A stretch of DNA of 64,000 nucleotides from Eledone cirrhosa (taxonomy: Eukaryota). Each line of letters starts with the position of its first letter. Positions within the stretch are counted from its first letter, which is position 1. Under the pieces are notes generated by a model that saw only the letters and a program-made list of their open reading frames with translations, did no database searches and had not been told where the DNA came from. The stretch is from positions 381,548,001-381,612,000 of the forward strand of contig OZ024740.1 in the NCBI GenBank assembly GCA_964016885.1. The letters are read 5' to 3'. Below are positions 13,223-28,654 of this stretch, piece by piece. The position numbers and the translations under genes were made by a program.

Positions 13223-15739
13223 TTGGTGCGACTCCCTTAAGAATTTACCCCACTTTACTCCATTCACCCCATCACACCAAGCTTCAATCATAAATCCTCA
13301 AATTCCTCCACATATTAGAGCAACACAATTACAATAAAGAATATACAAAATTTTCTTAAAACTCACATTAAAAAGATGCAACAGCTATGTTTAAAATGAT
13401 AAAAAATAGGAAACGTCTCAACAACTATAAAAACTAACAATAATAATACAACCCGGACATCAGTTCCAGCACTATCAAATAAAAAACTAATACCAGTAAG
13501 AGAAAAACAACAGAAAAAAAACGACTGCCTTGATGATGATGATGGTAGTGGTGGTAGTGGGGGTGGTGGTGATAATGGTGATGATAATAACGATGATAAT
13601 GATGATGATAATGATGATGATAATGATGATGATATTAACAATAAAAATAAAAATGATAAATACTAATGATAATGATGATTTGTAATCTGTGCAAAGAAAA
13701 AAGAAGAATAATACTATTAACAACAACAACAGCAATAATAATAATACTAATAATAAAATAAAATAATAATAATAATAATAATAACAATAATGATAAAAAC
13801 AATAATAATAATCTCGTCAGTTTGATAAATGGATTGATTAGCGCAACCATTCCCATTTGTGGTAGTTCATTACGAATTCAAAGGAAAGCATCCCGTCTTT
13901 TTTCTTTCTTTTTTTTCCCGATCCATCCCCTCTCTTCTACATCCTTTTTGCCACCTACACTACCGAGCCATATTTGCAAGTTCTAAATTATCAGTTTTTT
14001 GCCAAGTGCAATAAATCAAATGGAAGATGAACAGGCACCTTTGTTGTTAACATCATTAGCTCTCCGAAGTAGAAGCGGTTGGTAATATCAGAGATCGAAT
14101 ATATTGCTCATGCTGGTATATATTTCCTTTAATCTAGAGTTACAAATAGTTGTTCTACAGTCATATTCCTCCCTCATATAACAATGAGTGTGATATGATT
14201 TCAGTAAATTGAGTCATTGATACACAATCTAAAATTTCATTGCATATAATTCTTTACTGTCCACGCCACATGAAAATATCTCAACACATCAACGGGTTTC
14301 CGTAAGGCAACAAATACTTCAAATGAAAGAAATATAAATCAATAAACAGATAAATATATAAATAAAGAAAAATCTTAGATTGTCGCAAGGAGAAGAAATA
14401 TCTAATATTTTTTTTTTATCAAAAATTGACAAAATAATGTAGACATTTGTTGTTCTTTTCGACATATAGTATATATTTGTTCACCACTCACACAGTAAAT
14501 ATACCTATATCAATCAATTTATACCATCTATCTCACAGATACGCAAACACAGATATTAAGAGCAAAGTATATTTGACAGGTACTGTCAGCCACAGTATAT
14601 AAAACCGTATTTTGAATCACTCTGTGCTATCGTTATTTAAAACTAGCCGGTCAAACTTGCTCTAAATGTAAATAAGCATTGACCACGGATAATTTGTTTA
14701 CAAAATCTATACGTCGATATTAGTTTTCATACGTCTACTTCCTGGAGTAGATACATGCGCTCTGACGTTTAGCAAAACATCGAAATGCATCCACTATTAC
14801 AACACTAACTGCTGTAGTAGCTGTCTATACGCAGCGAGTCTAGTTGTTTGTTTATTATATGTAAATATATTATATATAGGCTCATATACACCTATTGTAT
14901 GTCGACAAATGGTTCAATCATTTCTTTGAATTCAGATCTAAACATTGTACAGCATATAAAATATTTCCTAGGATTAACAGGACTTCGATACTTCTTTTTA
15001 TTTAATGATCAAGCAGTTTTATTAACAGAAGATAATAATGTTTACGTCTGATTGTGTTGGTTACGTCTGTAACTTTGGACAGAATGTCGTAGCAGAACTG
15101 TAACAGGAGGTTACACACTCTTTAGCATACGGTAAAGATTGAGATTTTTAATGCATGAAAAGAAATAAAGTTAACAAGCAGCATCAAGACTTTGATGATA
15201 ACAATTTATACTGTGTATTATTGATTTACAATTAAAAGATGCAAACTTAAGGAAATTATGGAAGTCGCTGAAATTGTTGTTTTTATCAAACCACTTAATG
15301 AAGCCAAATTACTATTTTGACACATCGAAGTATAAGCTAGAATAAACTATTATTAAGACAATGACTACATACGACGCAGAAGATAAGTAATATGACATAT
15401 AGCTAAATACTCTAGCAAGCAATTGATAAATATCACATACAAAGTAGTTTAACATGATATAAACGATTTCTTTGAGAAACAAGTTGCACTGTGAAATAAT
15501 TTGCAAAAGTGTCACTTAATAACGATCGAATAACATGATTTTGAACTTGTCAAAATTAATAAGAGAAAAACATATGCCTGGGAAATAACTTTTAATGGTG
15601 AGGTGAAGTTAAAATGTTGCTAAGGAAAAAAAATAACAGTAAATAGAAGTTAGTTTTTGTAGAACTTCATAAATTGTCTTTGTGTTGATCTAGAACAAGG
15701 GTTTCTTGAAGAGAAGTTACAAATGTTATATATATATAT

Positions 15740-16250
15740 AAAGAAACAATGGCGAGAACTTAAGAAGGAGAAAAGCTCATCAGTGCTATACCAACATGAT
15801 GTCCAGCTAGAACACGAGGGCTCAATGGATAACATAGAAATACAGATCCTATCCACACATAGAATTGTCGTAACTCTTAGACGGATTACCGAGGCCATAC
15901 ACATAATAGAATAAAGACCTAGTCTGAACAGAAAACATGTGTAGAATAGTAACAGCCCGCATCTTAACGACTGAAGACAGAATAGAAAAAGAAGACACAA
16001 AGAGCAAAACAGCAAACAATACAAACTCACACACATAACATACACATAGACCTACCAAACACAAAACACATACATATACACATAGACGCAGGTGCAAACG
16101 CATACGCAGAAACGAAACACGAAAGACGCACCACAAAACAAACAAAGACAAAATAGAGTAGACGTTTAAGACCAGGAAAAAGAGGAGGCGCAAAGCAGAT
16201 AGTCATTGAAGAGGTCACAGAATGTATGAGGAAAGAACTTTGACAAACAA
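15740..16250 (+). mobile_element. Old copy of the Neptune-like PLE 3' end with decayed HHR at 16201-16244
   Basis: KQWRELKKEKSSSVLYQH..EIQILSTHR..RITEAIHI homologous to 5790-6010; agtcattgaagaggtcacag..gaaag. Confidence 0.8.
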
Positions 16251-18179
16251 ATGAATGATTAAAATAAATCCAGAATCATAGAATAGAAGAAATTACTTTT
16301 TCAAAATAAGATGATTTGGCGGAGTAATGTACTATTACACTAATGTTTAATTGCTGAATTGCAGTGTAAAAAGCAAAGGCAGTCGCACATATCACTACAC
16401 AACAGACACATATATATGCACAGTTGAGCACCATGCAATAAAAATATGGATTAATATTACGTTATATTCATGTATAAGACACGTATTCAACAGAATATAT
16501 ATTTGCAGTAACGATCTGACTTCCAATGTCGACATAATGCACAATACCGAAATTACAATACATGTCTTATTCCGATGCCCTCCTTAACTTTGTAACTGTA
16601 GAGATGAATATATCTACGCATATAACACGTCATCAAAAATATCACCAAAGTATAGTTTTCCCATGATACGGATGAAGCTTTTATGTTTCATTATTTTAGA
16701 TTTAGAAAAAAAAGTTTGTTAAGAGAATAGTATGTATAAATGTCCTGTTCCAAACGTTTTATTGTAATTTTCGTTATAGTACTTACTTGCCTTCCTACTT
16801 GGTTACTTAGCTGATAAACAAGCTCAAGTGCACCAGAGTTTGTTAAAATCCATTAACAATAGACGACGGTTATATTCAAAACACAAATTTATTTACGAGC
16901 CATTAAGGTTTAAAAACTCTTACAGTTAAAAAAAATGCCTAATGTGATTTTAAAACATAATCTAATCATTGACAGGATGCTACGAGAACCTATATACACA
17001 CACATGCAGACACATTAGCACGCATACATGCACACACACGCATATATACACACATATTTACACGCATACTAACACAATTGGACACTCTCACGTACACATA
17101 CATATACCGGAGAGCGTATAATCACTTAAATCTATACATGTATATAAGTAATGCTTATTTTATCGATTCCCGAGAACGCAAAGAAATGGAATGTACTATT
17201 GAAAGACATTTAATGCAGTGCTGTACAGTTCCTATTATTCCATATGACTTATGATAATGATAGTGATTTCTTCTTTTGACATATAACTATAGTTTGCATA
17301 GGAGGGAGGGAATATTTTTCCTGACTCTTTTCTATTATCTTACTGCTGGGATATGAACTAATATGTAGAGGATCACAATGAGAACAATAATACAACTAGT
17401 CCAACATTCTAAAGTTTTTAACATGTTACCCAATTTACTACGGTTAGTTCATGACAATTTAAGAAATGTATTTTCACTTTTGATAATGAAATAAATGTTC
17501 AGACAACACACCCTGGAAGAAAAACATCTTCATTCTCAAGCCGACGCTTGAAGGTTACTAGAACAAAATAACAGCCACCATGTGAGCTCTAAGTCCTAGC
17601 AATTTTCTTGAAGTATTTCAATAACAATAACTTGAATTTGCCAGACGATCTCAGAGGAATGTAATAATTGTCTTCTAAATTGACTAATAGAGGTTCGGGA
17701 AGATGAGAGAATATTAAAATTGTCATGCCATTTACAATTGTTAACGTAAAATAAAATGTCTCTTACTATCGCTACAAAAGGTTAGTAAACTTATTCGAAG
17801 TAAGAAACATATTGAAACATAGTTAACCTTTTCTCCTTAATCCCCGGAGATCGAAATTGATAAAACAATAATTGTACAGATTCTGGTGGGTAGACACGTT
17901 TACTAGTTAAATATAAACTTACAGGTCACAGTGTTGCTAGTATTTTTTTTAAAGCATATTGGTTAACTTCTGTGCTATGAGTTCAAACACTTCTGGACAA
18001 AGAATTTACTTTACACTTTTAAAAGTTCAATAAATGTTTACAAGTGATGGTATGGTAGGGTCACGTACCTCCCGAGGGATTTGTAGGGGCAGCGTATTGA
18101 CAAACAGCGTTTCTTGGTCATTTTAATTCTGGTGGTGCCCATCCTTCTGCAGGCCCGTGTACAGCAGATTTCGTCCATA

Positions 18180-18421
18180 GACGACTGAGATGATATGGAC
18201 ATGCGATGTGCATGGAGGATAATCGCTGGGTAAAGAAGTGCCAAGAAATCCTAGTAGAAGGAAGACGCAGTAGACGACCACGAAAAACATGGGCTGAGGT
18301 GGTCAGAGCAGACCTCAGATCGTTGATGCTCACGGAGGAGATGACGGACCGTGACATGTGGAGAGATGCTGTGCTGAATAGGAACCATCCCACCCTGCAA
18401 GCAGGGAAAAGCGGACGTAAA

Positions 18422-18481
<60 letters not shown>

Positions 18482-18482
18482 G
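18180..18482 (+). mobile_element. RTE-like LINE 3' fragment with (ATG)n tail
   Basis: GHAMCMEDNRWVKKC..VEGRRSRRPRKTWAEVVRADL..DRDMWR. Confidence 0.8.
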
Positions 18483-18727
18483 TGATTATATATATATATA
18501 TATATATACACAAGAAGGTAGTACATAATAATCGAAGCTCTGGCTGCGGGAAAGCTAACGAATGCTGTTGAGAAGTGCAGCCAAAAGCACTCAATAAGGA
18601 ATGTTACCTTAGAGTTATAACATTAGGTTTAGACAGCTATGCAAATTGAAGCAGCGACCGAAATGCGAGCTGCTAGGACCAGAATAACGAAATAAACAGA
18701 ATCATGGAAATATATATATATATATAT

Positions 18728-18803
<76 letters not shown>

Positions 18804-18829
18804 TGTGTGTGTGTGTAAGTGAGATAAAG

Positions 18830-18965
18830 TTATAGCAGAAGAATCGATCCCAGTACTTCACTGCTACATTTAAAGGATGAAAGGCAAACTTGATCTCGGC
18901 GAAATTTAAACTCAGAGAGCAGAGAGCCGGAACAAAGACCACAAAGCACTATGTCTCTGCCAATT
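18830..18965 (-). mobile_element. Old SINE copy
   Basis: gagtttaaatttcgccgag..gcctttcatcctt on the minus strand. Confidence 0.7.
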
Positions 18966-21900
18966 CGGCGCCCAGTAAAATATAGGGAGGTAAATTCAAG
19001 CATAACCTTTCTCCCCAAAGTAATTACACGCATCGGTGGCGGTGCCCCACCATGTCCTTAGCACTTCGGCTGGAACACATAATAGAATAATAGAATAATC
19101 ATTAGTAAACATTAATATTTTAATAAAAGATTATGAGATGGAACTGACTCAGCTAGCAGGGTTTCTATCAGAGTATTTGTTGTCCTTCCAAATCCTAGAC
19201 TTAATTCTTATCGGCTTGCATATTATCTTATTTCTCCAAGATCAATGAAGTATGTACACATTTTTGTTGTTCAACCTCATGCAGACTTCGATTAAGCAGA
19301 TAGAGAAACACGTTCCAGCCGAGTATAACTCTTCTGTTTGAATACTCAAGACAACATAATACAATGCGACCTTTCATCTTCACGACTTGAGGGAGTATTT
19401 CTGCAAATTCTAGTATGTTAATCAACCACATAGAACTCTCTCCTTCGAAAATATAGATATCAGGCTGGCTGTCGATTAACTTAATTATACCATCACCTTC
19501 TTTTACAAACGATAGACCCGTGTTTAATCGAAACAAATCAACATTTTAAAAGAACATGTAGAAAGAACTTTAGAGAAAATAGTAAACGATGTCTATTACC
19601 AGTACAAGCTATTTCCCGTCTTTTAAGATGTTAGTGTCATTGTGAAAGGTAAGAAAGTCACCAATTCCTATTTAAACTTTATTTTAAGCACAAAACCTTG
19701 TACCCTGTCAAAAGTAATGAATATTTTATATCAAAATAAGGGTGCAATTTCTAAGCTATAGGAAGTTGACATTACATTTTATTTCTTCAGGGTGATAAAA
19801 TATGTGAAAGTAGAGAATTTTTTAATTACATTTCGTTTTCAGAATATAGACTTTCATTTAAGTAAGGAAGTAATAGTTTAACAGACAATAGCGGACACCG
19901 TACAAATGGACATTTTCCAGGTATAGTGAATTTAAAAGATTGTTTCAGGTCCCGGTTGAAGTCATATTATTTCATTCATAGCACTGATTACACTGAAGAA
20001 AACATAAAAGTCACATCTTCTCATATCTGCTTTCCGTAGAATGTTCTTCATAATTACAAACCAGAGAAAGGAGTAAGATCGCATTGATTTAAATATACAT
20101 ATGACTATTTAGATATATTACTTGTTGTGACTATAACCAATTTCATTTTCACCCCTTTTAGTGACTCTACATTCCACATATATGTGTACCCTTCACATAC
20201 ACCTCAGCGAGATGTAGTGAGACACAATGTGTTATAAGTTTGGAATGATAGGTACACAATGTGTTATAAGTTTGGAATGATAGGTACAGTTCATTCGATA
20301 GACTTCTAAACAATTCCGTCTATCCAATTTTAGCCGACGTTATGGTAAATGGCAGTTGCTCAAGATGCAGTGGAATCGAACCCGAGAACTTATAGTTGAA
20401 AAGCGAACTTTTGACCATGTTGCGTCGACATTTACGCTTCTGAGGCTCTTCGGAAACATATGAATGCTGGGCAATCTCTTTCTTTTCCCTTAAAAATTGT
20501 AAGACTTTTGCTCAGTCAAAAGAAACCAATAATCTAGCAGATAACGAATTTCACTTAAATATACAGAATCGAAGTATTTCTTATTTAAGAAGCATGGATG
20601 CTGTAATTTGTTTTTCAAGAACTTATATATTATTAACGTGTATTTTAAGACACTTCACAAAGAAGAAAGTAAAATAATAAACAGGCAAAGGAGTTGGTAT
20701 AAAATTAATCAATTCACCATATTTTCCACTTTTAGTTTAGGATGTATTTCAGTTCTTTTCATAGACTTTAGCGTCTATTCTGATAAACAACTAACTGTAT
20801 TTTGATTCGATATATGTAAACCAATAGTTCTAATATATTCAATAAAACAGGGATATCTTGAATTACCCGAATGCTATTTAAATCAATGCAAATATCAAAT
20901 GAATTTCTGCATGAATAAAACGCACTTTGATTGAGATCAAACACAGGATTTTTCTAGAATGTTGGAAAATTCATTCCCATAGAGATTTTATTTTTTCAGT
21001 GGCATTCAAACTAACAAATTTAAGGAATGCCAATATATTCAACAAGGCATTCAGAATATTATCCTATAGTAATAAAAGTCTGTAGCTAGCACTCAAGCAT
21101 TCATATATAAGTATCATACTGAAACATTTTGAAGAAGGCGAAGAAGAAAATCTGCGAGCGTTAAAAGATCAAAACCGGTTTCTTATCACTGGCACCAAGG
21201 CTCAAGCATAATAACACATACAGCAACCACCGTCAATATCTAACTATGGTACCGTTATGTGGTTGCTTACCCTAGATGAAATAATAGCTAAAGTTTCGTC
21301 AAGTCAAAAACTAATATAAATAAAGGAGAGGAAAAATAAACAATAAAATAGGATTGTCAGGTCTGGAATATCTGTGTATCATAGTTACCTGGGCTTAAAC
21401 AACAGCCAAATTATCGTTTTCGAGCACAAATTAGATCCTCTACGTGGTCATTCGTCATAAAAGAAATGGATACTAAACTACTTGCAGAACACATACTATC
21501 ACCTTTAGAAAAACAAAAAAAAAAGGACAGACGTACACATTAGATAATGTTGGCCTAGATACCCCAAAACCATAAGAGGGCGAGGTTATAGCTGGAAGTG
21601 ATTTAATTTTAAGTTCGCCCTGAATGAATTGATTTAGAGTTCCTTCAACAACGACAACTACAAAAACAATAGAACAGTAACAACAGTAATAGTAGTTACA
21701 GCAACACATGCTACAATATTAATACAATTCTCGGCGAAAAGTAGAAACATCTTGATATATTTTCCCCTTCAAATAAGCGGCAAATTTATGGATAATTTGG
21801 TAATTTGTGTTATATTTGGTATACACTTGGCAACCGGATGTTGAGAACATTCCAGAAACTATTGATTCCAATGTAGACAGTGCCAAGACAACTATGAAGT

Positions 21901-22087
21901 ACAAATAATGTGTCCGTTTTCTCGATGTGCCGTGTCTAATTACTACTTTATTCTAGCAATACTGAATATTTTGTACACATATTGATACACACATAAATAT
22001 ATATATGTATATATACATTTCTATATATACACATGCACACATATATACATATCTATCTATCTATTTATCTATCTATCTATATATATG

Positions 22088-22163
<76 letters not shown>

Positions 22164-22370
22164 TATGTATGTATACACACATACAGAGAAACACGTCACA
22201 CATATATAGATGCAGTTATAGATTAATCGATTTATAAAATACACTCATGCGTATATACAATTGTACAAATATTTTTCTGTTTCATCTCTCAGGTTACTTC
22301 ATCATGACTTGTCTGTGTGTGCAAAGACATTTATGGACATAACATAGATGCATACATACACACACACACA

Positions 22371-22501
<131 letters not shown>

Positions 22502-23034
22502 TCACACACACACACACACGCACGCACACACACACACACGCACACACACATACACACACATATATATATATATATACATATGGTGACATCTCATTTTGGC
22601 ATTGCAGTCTACAATTAGGAAAGTGCGAAGAGGCAATAAACAGAATTTATTTGAACAAATACCTGTATTTAGCGAGGTTCAGAGCTAATCATTATATATG
22701 TATATGAATAATAATGGAAATAATAATAATAATGATGATAATAGAAAGTAATAAATCAAATACTAAAGCTAAAACATAGTGTAAATGGGTTTTTTCATTA
22801 AAATATCTTTGTTTTGACCCAGTTGGCTCACCGATAACGATAAATCTATAATGGATGCCATACAGATGCTTTCTATCAAACAGTCTATATATCCAAAATT
22901 AATCGAACCAATAATATGTATTAGAAAATAAAGTATACAGCAAAATACACTTTGATATCAGTGGATGTCTGGTCCTCGTTGAACATAGGTTAGATCATCC
23001 CAAATTGAATATTCTTCAATAAAATTACAAGGCC

Positions 23035-23185
23035 GTGATATGGCAGAGTCCTTAGAACGTCAGATAGAATCCGTTGTGATATTCATTCCGGCTCTCTGCT
23101 CACTGAGTTCAAATCCCGCCGAAGTCAATTTTGCCTTTCATCCTTTCGAGGTTGATAAAAACGTACCAGTCAAGTACTGGGCTTT
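23035..23185 (+). mobile_element. Old SINE copy
   Basis: tggcagagtc..gagttcaaatcccgccg..gcctttcatcctttcgaggttgataaa. Confidence 0.75.
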
Positions 23186-23604
23186 CACTATATCTTTTTC
23201 TCGCTTCCTCTCTCTCTCTTTCTATACTTTTCTGGACAAAATCTGCTGTACTCAGGCCTGGAGAGGAATGGACTCAAATGCCCAAGAAACGTCGTACGAA
23301 TATGTCAATATGGTGCCCATACGAACCCCTCAACAGTTACAGGACCCTACTATACCACACCACACACAATTACACAAACTATCTCATACATTCACACATA
23401 TACGTAGTCGAGAAGGGAACTCTTTCACGAAATATACATACCTTCTTCTTCTTCTTCTTCTTCTTCTTCTTCTTCTTCTTCTTCTTCTTCTTCTTCTTCT
23501 TCTTCTTCTTCTCACTCTGTCCAGTGAGAAACTTTGAGACTGATAAAATAACTTTCTGTTAAGATGAAGTGAAATAATGTCCTACGCCATCTTGTTTTTC
23601 TGTG

Positions 23605-23822
23605 TCAAAGGAGAGGCACAAAACAAAGAAAAGAATCCCCACTCACTGAAGAGGTCACAGAATGTGTGACGAAATAAATTTGACAATATATGAACAACCG
23701 TCCGGTTGTGGAACCAACCAACCAACCGGAAATTTATACATTTATAATTTCATTTATAATAAATTGGAGTGAAACAACTGGTGCGTGTGTTTCTTATTGG
23801 CAACATGACCCTCCCAAAGTAT

Positions 23823-23830
<8 letters not shown>
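23605..23830 (+). mobile_element. 3' terminal fragment of the Neptune-like PLE with HHR core (23642-23685)
   Basis: Matches 6175-6405; CTGAAGAGgtcac..gtgacGAAA intact; ends at (TA)n. Confidence 0.85.
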
Positions 23831-23857
<27 letters not shown>

Positions 23858-25031
23858 CATATAATCTTAATCGTTCCACGGAAACTATATTGTATGATTA
23901 TCAGAATGCTATGCCTTACTTTATATGTCAACACTCACACACACAGTTGCTTACAAATAGACTCCCATATATGTAGTATGTAGTACTATTTTGGCAGACA
24001 ATATGATGCACCTTCACGCTACAGGTTGAAACTACTTAATATTGTGTTGGCGTTATGGTGTTGGCAAAGTTACTGAAAAGAAAACATAGCAACACATTTG
24101 ATATTATTGTACTAAATTGGCTTCAGATAATAGAAAGTACGCACTCGAGCACACGTTTGCATCATACACACTCTCTCTAAAACACATAAACATTCATACA
24201 AACATTTAATACACGAAAACGTATACATTCAAGAACAATATAAGGATGTGTTTGTTCATTGGAGGAACATGTGAACACTCTCGTACGTATACATGGATAC
24301 GCTTATTTAAATATCCACAAGCAAGCGTTGAAGACATGAAGGCACATAACTTCTCACACGTAAATACTTACAGAAACACTCTCACACGCACAGCAAACAC
24401 TCCGGCAGAGTTACACAGTCACACGTATTAAATCACTTATTTTGGCGCCTAGTACACACCCTCATTCTCACAGTCAAACTTACTAAGATAAATTAACGTA
24501 GAAATATACGTACGCTCATGTATACCTACGGGTAAATAAATACATAATTCCCTGGGTCCTAACTTATCACGTATAATTATCATATATAATGATGAGTGTG
24601 ATGATAAGGATAATGATGTTGAGATGAACATCATCATCATCATGATCGTGATAATGTTCATGTTTATTATCCCACCGTTTCCTGGCCAATCCACCGCTGT
24701 CACTAGTTCCCATTCATGTCAACAGTCACACCGAATCTAATATTGCATGATAGATATTTGCAAAACATTTCCTGTTTTTTTAATGATTTTCGTTAAAGGA
24801 ACACAACCAGGCACGTTTCAACAGAGTTTCCGTGTACCAAATATCACTTACAATAGTCACTCAATTGAAAAACAAACTTTCTAAGCTTTTGTAAATGCTT
24901 GTCTCTATAGTGTACTTGAATAAACCTATGTATGTTAGTGTACATGAACAAATCTTTCAGGATCTAAAATTTTCAGACAAAATACTGCATAGATCCGTCC
25001 TCTCAGCCAGTTATTTAAAGATTTCAGCGTC

Positions 25032-25064
<33 letters not shown>

Positions 25065-25114
25065 TGTATGTATGTATGTATGTATGTATGTATGTATGTA
25101 TGTATGTATGTATG

Positions 25115-25650
25115 TCAGTTCACTCTTGAGTGCTACTGGTAACACGTAACCCAATACAACATGTCTCATGGTCGGGTCGTAAGCGACTAGATCGGCAGTC
25201 CCACCAAGCTAGCTTGGTGAGGAGTTTGATATTTGTACAATCTACGGGACGAAATACAAAACCCGACAAAGGGCGGAGGAACTCAGCAGAGTCAACGGGT
25301 ATCCAAATGGTAGTTTCCGTTTTCTTTTTAACTTGGTAGTGGAAGGCCCACAGTTGTTGTCATAAAATCTTTCTAGGAAAGGCAAACACTGAAAATAACC
25401 TGCGGCTTCGGAAGCATCCGATGATGTTGACCAGTTCTCCTTTTCGAGTAGTGTTTTCGATGCTCAGAGAGTGGAATTGGTCGAGTGCAAGGCTTTTCCC
25501 CACTTAAAAACCCTTCAAAGCACAAGCATTGCTTTTTCAGGATATGTTACAGATTCGTGTAGCTAGCCGTAGCCTAAAAGTGAACCAATCTCTATAATCT
25601 GACAAGCGATTGCAATACTCTTAGCAGAGTTTCCAGCCATCATCTATGTA
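25115..25650 (+). mobile_element. Non-autonomous RTE-related element in (TATG)n
   Basis: Homologous to 26770-26930, 28655-29060 and 29380-29650; ends cagccatcat-(TATG)n; RTE-like 5' UTR motif tctaggagaaggaaaactctga in sister copies. Confidence 0.6.
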
Positions 25651-26019
25651 TGTATGTATGTATGTTCTTCTGGTTTTATAATTTCACAAAGTTTTCCCAA
25701 TAGAGGGAGAGTCGGTTTCTAACATAGATACAAGACTCTCTCATTGGAATTTACACAACATCAACTAGGTAGATTATGTATGCACGTCCTGCATGTGTAG
25801 ATATGGATGTTATTGTACGTGTGGATGTGTATGTTTTGAGTTGTATGTGTGCATGTGTATATGCTTTGTATCTGTACATGTGTATATGCAGTTATTAGAT
25901 GCAATATTTTTGGAATGTTTTACATATTTTTACTGTATGTATGTATGTATGTATGTATGTATGTATGTATGTATGTATGTATGTATGTATGTATGTATGT
26001 ATGTATGTATGTATGTCTT

Positions 26020-26745
26020 AGCTTCTTTACTTTTCATAGACATGCCATAAACGCCATATAAAGCTATTTGAAAGATTCCACCAAAAATGTTTCCGCAGAA
26101 TCCTGAAAGTCTCATGCACTTCCTTCAATGCAGACACTGATGGTATAGCTGCCGCTGGTATCCATTCAAACCAATCTTTAAATCATGAGAAACAACTCAG
26201 AAGATCGGCTCACTTTGTGCTCTTGCATGACGAACCTACTCCAAAATGGTTGTTTTAGGGTGAACATGTTTAGGGGACACGAAATCAGTGTAAATCCAGC
26301 AAACGTTGCAAGGATGCGCTGAAGAAAACTTTGCAAAAGATCGGAATTGATGCAAGGCAGCATGAAGCTTTGGCAGCAGATCGTAATAATTGACGCTCAA
26401 AAGTATGGGATGGTATGAATGGTTTTGAGGAAAACGGAATAAAACATACCAATATAAAACGTAAGATGGTTACAGAACATAAGAATGTTGCAAAGTTTTG
26501 CTTGTGAAAGTTGAGGCAACATCTTGCCGGCATTAAATCCAACACTAAAGAACACAACAAGCAGTCTCATATTGATTCTAGCAGTGCAGGCACCATAGTC
26601 TTTGCCAAAATGTATCTGTAATTTGTGTTCAAATTTTGCTTCCATACCTGGTCTAAAAAACCACATAAGACACTATGCTGTAAATGATCTTCATTTGAAT
26701 TGATTGGTTAAGCTTTGAATTGAGTAGACAACCAGCATGTATGTA
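26020..26745 (+). mobile_element. Decayed RTE LINE 3' fragment with (TATG)n flanks
   Basis: RFHQKC..RIL, KRCKDALKKTLQKIGID..EALAADR, terminal CNLC..GLKNHIR zinc finger. Confidence 0.8.
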
Positions 26746-27994
26746 TGTAGGTATGTATGTATGTATGTAGTAACCGAGTATAACCTGTGCATGGTTGGGT
26801 CGTCGGCGCCTAAACCAGCAACCCTATTAAACTGGCTTGGTGAAGAGGGTGAATTTGGACACCCTGCGAGTTGAAAAACAAAACCCATCAAGGGGCGGAG
26901 GAACTCAGGAGAGTCAACGGCTATCCAATAATTTTTGTGTGTGGAGCGAGAGACTCCTAGTCTTCAATAAGTCATCTAAATGTTGTTTGATAACAGTTCC
27001 TGGTCGAAACTAAGCGTGGCGTGACTGTGAATCGCTTAAAGGGTATAGATGTTAATATGCATACACATATATATGACTCACCCTCAACAACATAAAATAT
27101 ATAGTCTCATACAGAGATGATAGCACATTCGCCTCCATCCAGTCACTTTTGTACAATTATTTCAAAACGACTTAATTCATCTAGAAATTCGGCAACATAG
27201 CTCTAGACTAAAATAATAACTCCCATACCCCTTCACTCCTGCATCACCATCAACATTAGAGAGCCTTAAAAGCATCCATACACCAAACTCAATCGCATAT
27301 TACACTACTACATATACACAGAGAAGCAAAATACAAAAGTTATGTAGAAGTTTTCTCAATATTGACAGTTCACATAGGCTACATAGAAAAGAAAAGATGA
27401 CGCATAAACATTTTTTGAAGAATAACGAGTATCAGGTTTTCTCACTTGGTAGAAATAACTACAGAATCTTACAAACAATACATTAGAAACATCATGGATT
27501 CTTCCATAATATGCTACAAATACCATAAAACAGAATACTCTTCATTCGTCCATAGCTCTAAAAATTCAGCCAATCCACAGCACTGACGAAAAAAATATAA
27601 TAAAACTTAAAAAGAACCTGGCATAGTTTGTGACCGCAGCAAGTTTCAACACTTATAGTATCTCCCACAACACGAAAATGCACGTTTGAAGCATACAATA
27701 TCCTACCGCAAATATGTTGAAAAACACTGTATTCTTCAGCCAAGTAAGTATAAGGGACACGTATATACAAAAATAAATGCAACATTAATAGCCGCCCTGT
27801 TCCCAAGCATTTTGCTCGGACGCACACCGAAAAATAATAATATGACAATGCCTCAGTAAAAGAGCATTAGAAAAATTTCTATTTATAAGTTCACTGCACC
27901 GCTAATTAAATAAGTAAATGATTAATGACACAAAAAACGAGGCCCACAAAAATATACGACGATCGATAAAGTTAAATAAATAAATTACCTAAAT

Positions 27995-28099
<105 letters not shown>

Positions 28100-28654
28100 T
28101 ATATATATATATGCATGTATGTATCCAAGTATCTACACAGTCACACACATACACACAACACACATACATACCCCCCCCCCCCCCCCACAAATATATATTT
28201 ATATACAATATGAGAGAAAGAGATTGAGGAAGAGCGGGAGATATGGAATAAAGGACAATTTATGTTACTTTCTTTCATGATTCCAGTCTGAACTTAGACT
28301 TTCAGTGACGTCAGTTTCAAGAGATATTGTTCGCGGGTTTTGAGCTTAACAGCAAATTGTAATGATATGACTACCGTCTCTCATTTCCTAACCCATTGAA
28401 TTTTATGCAGTCTTTTGTTCTTCTCTCATTTCCCTCTATACAAATTCCATATCTACATATGCACACACACACACATACACACAGATATACACATGCACAC
28501 ACATTCTCACACACATACTCAAACATATATATATGTACACAAATACGCATTGAGTGTATTCGTTAATTTTCTGCTCTCTCCTGAAATCTATGTATGTATG
28601 TAGACAAGCACGTGTGTAAATATGTATGTATGCATGTATGTAAATATGTATGTA

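Noticed and set aside
19228-19536. Non-repetitive ORFs here and at 21719-21904, 27558-27848 and 50638-50901 as host exons
   Set aside because: No recognisable domain or consistent splice sites; would need a homology search
20222-20290. Short tandem duplications (also 5472-5505, 39497-39523, 46441-46510)
   Set aside because: Ordinary slippage or repair duplications within old repeats
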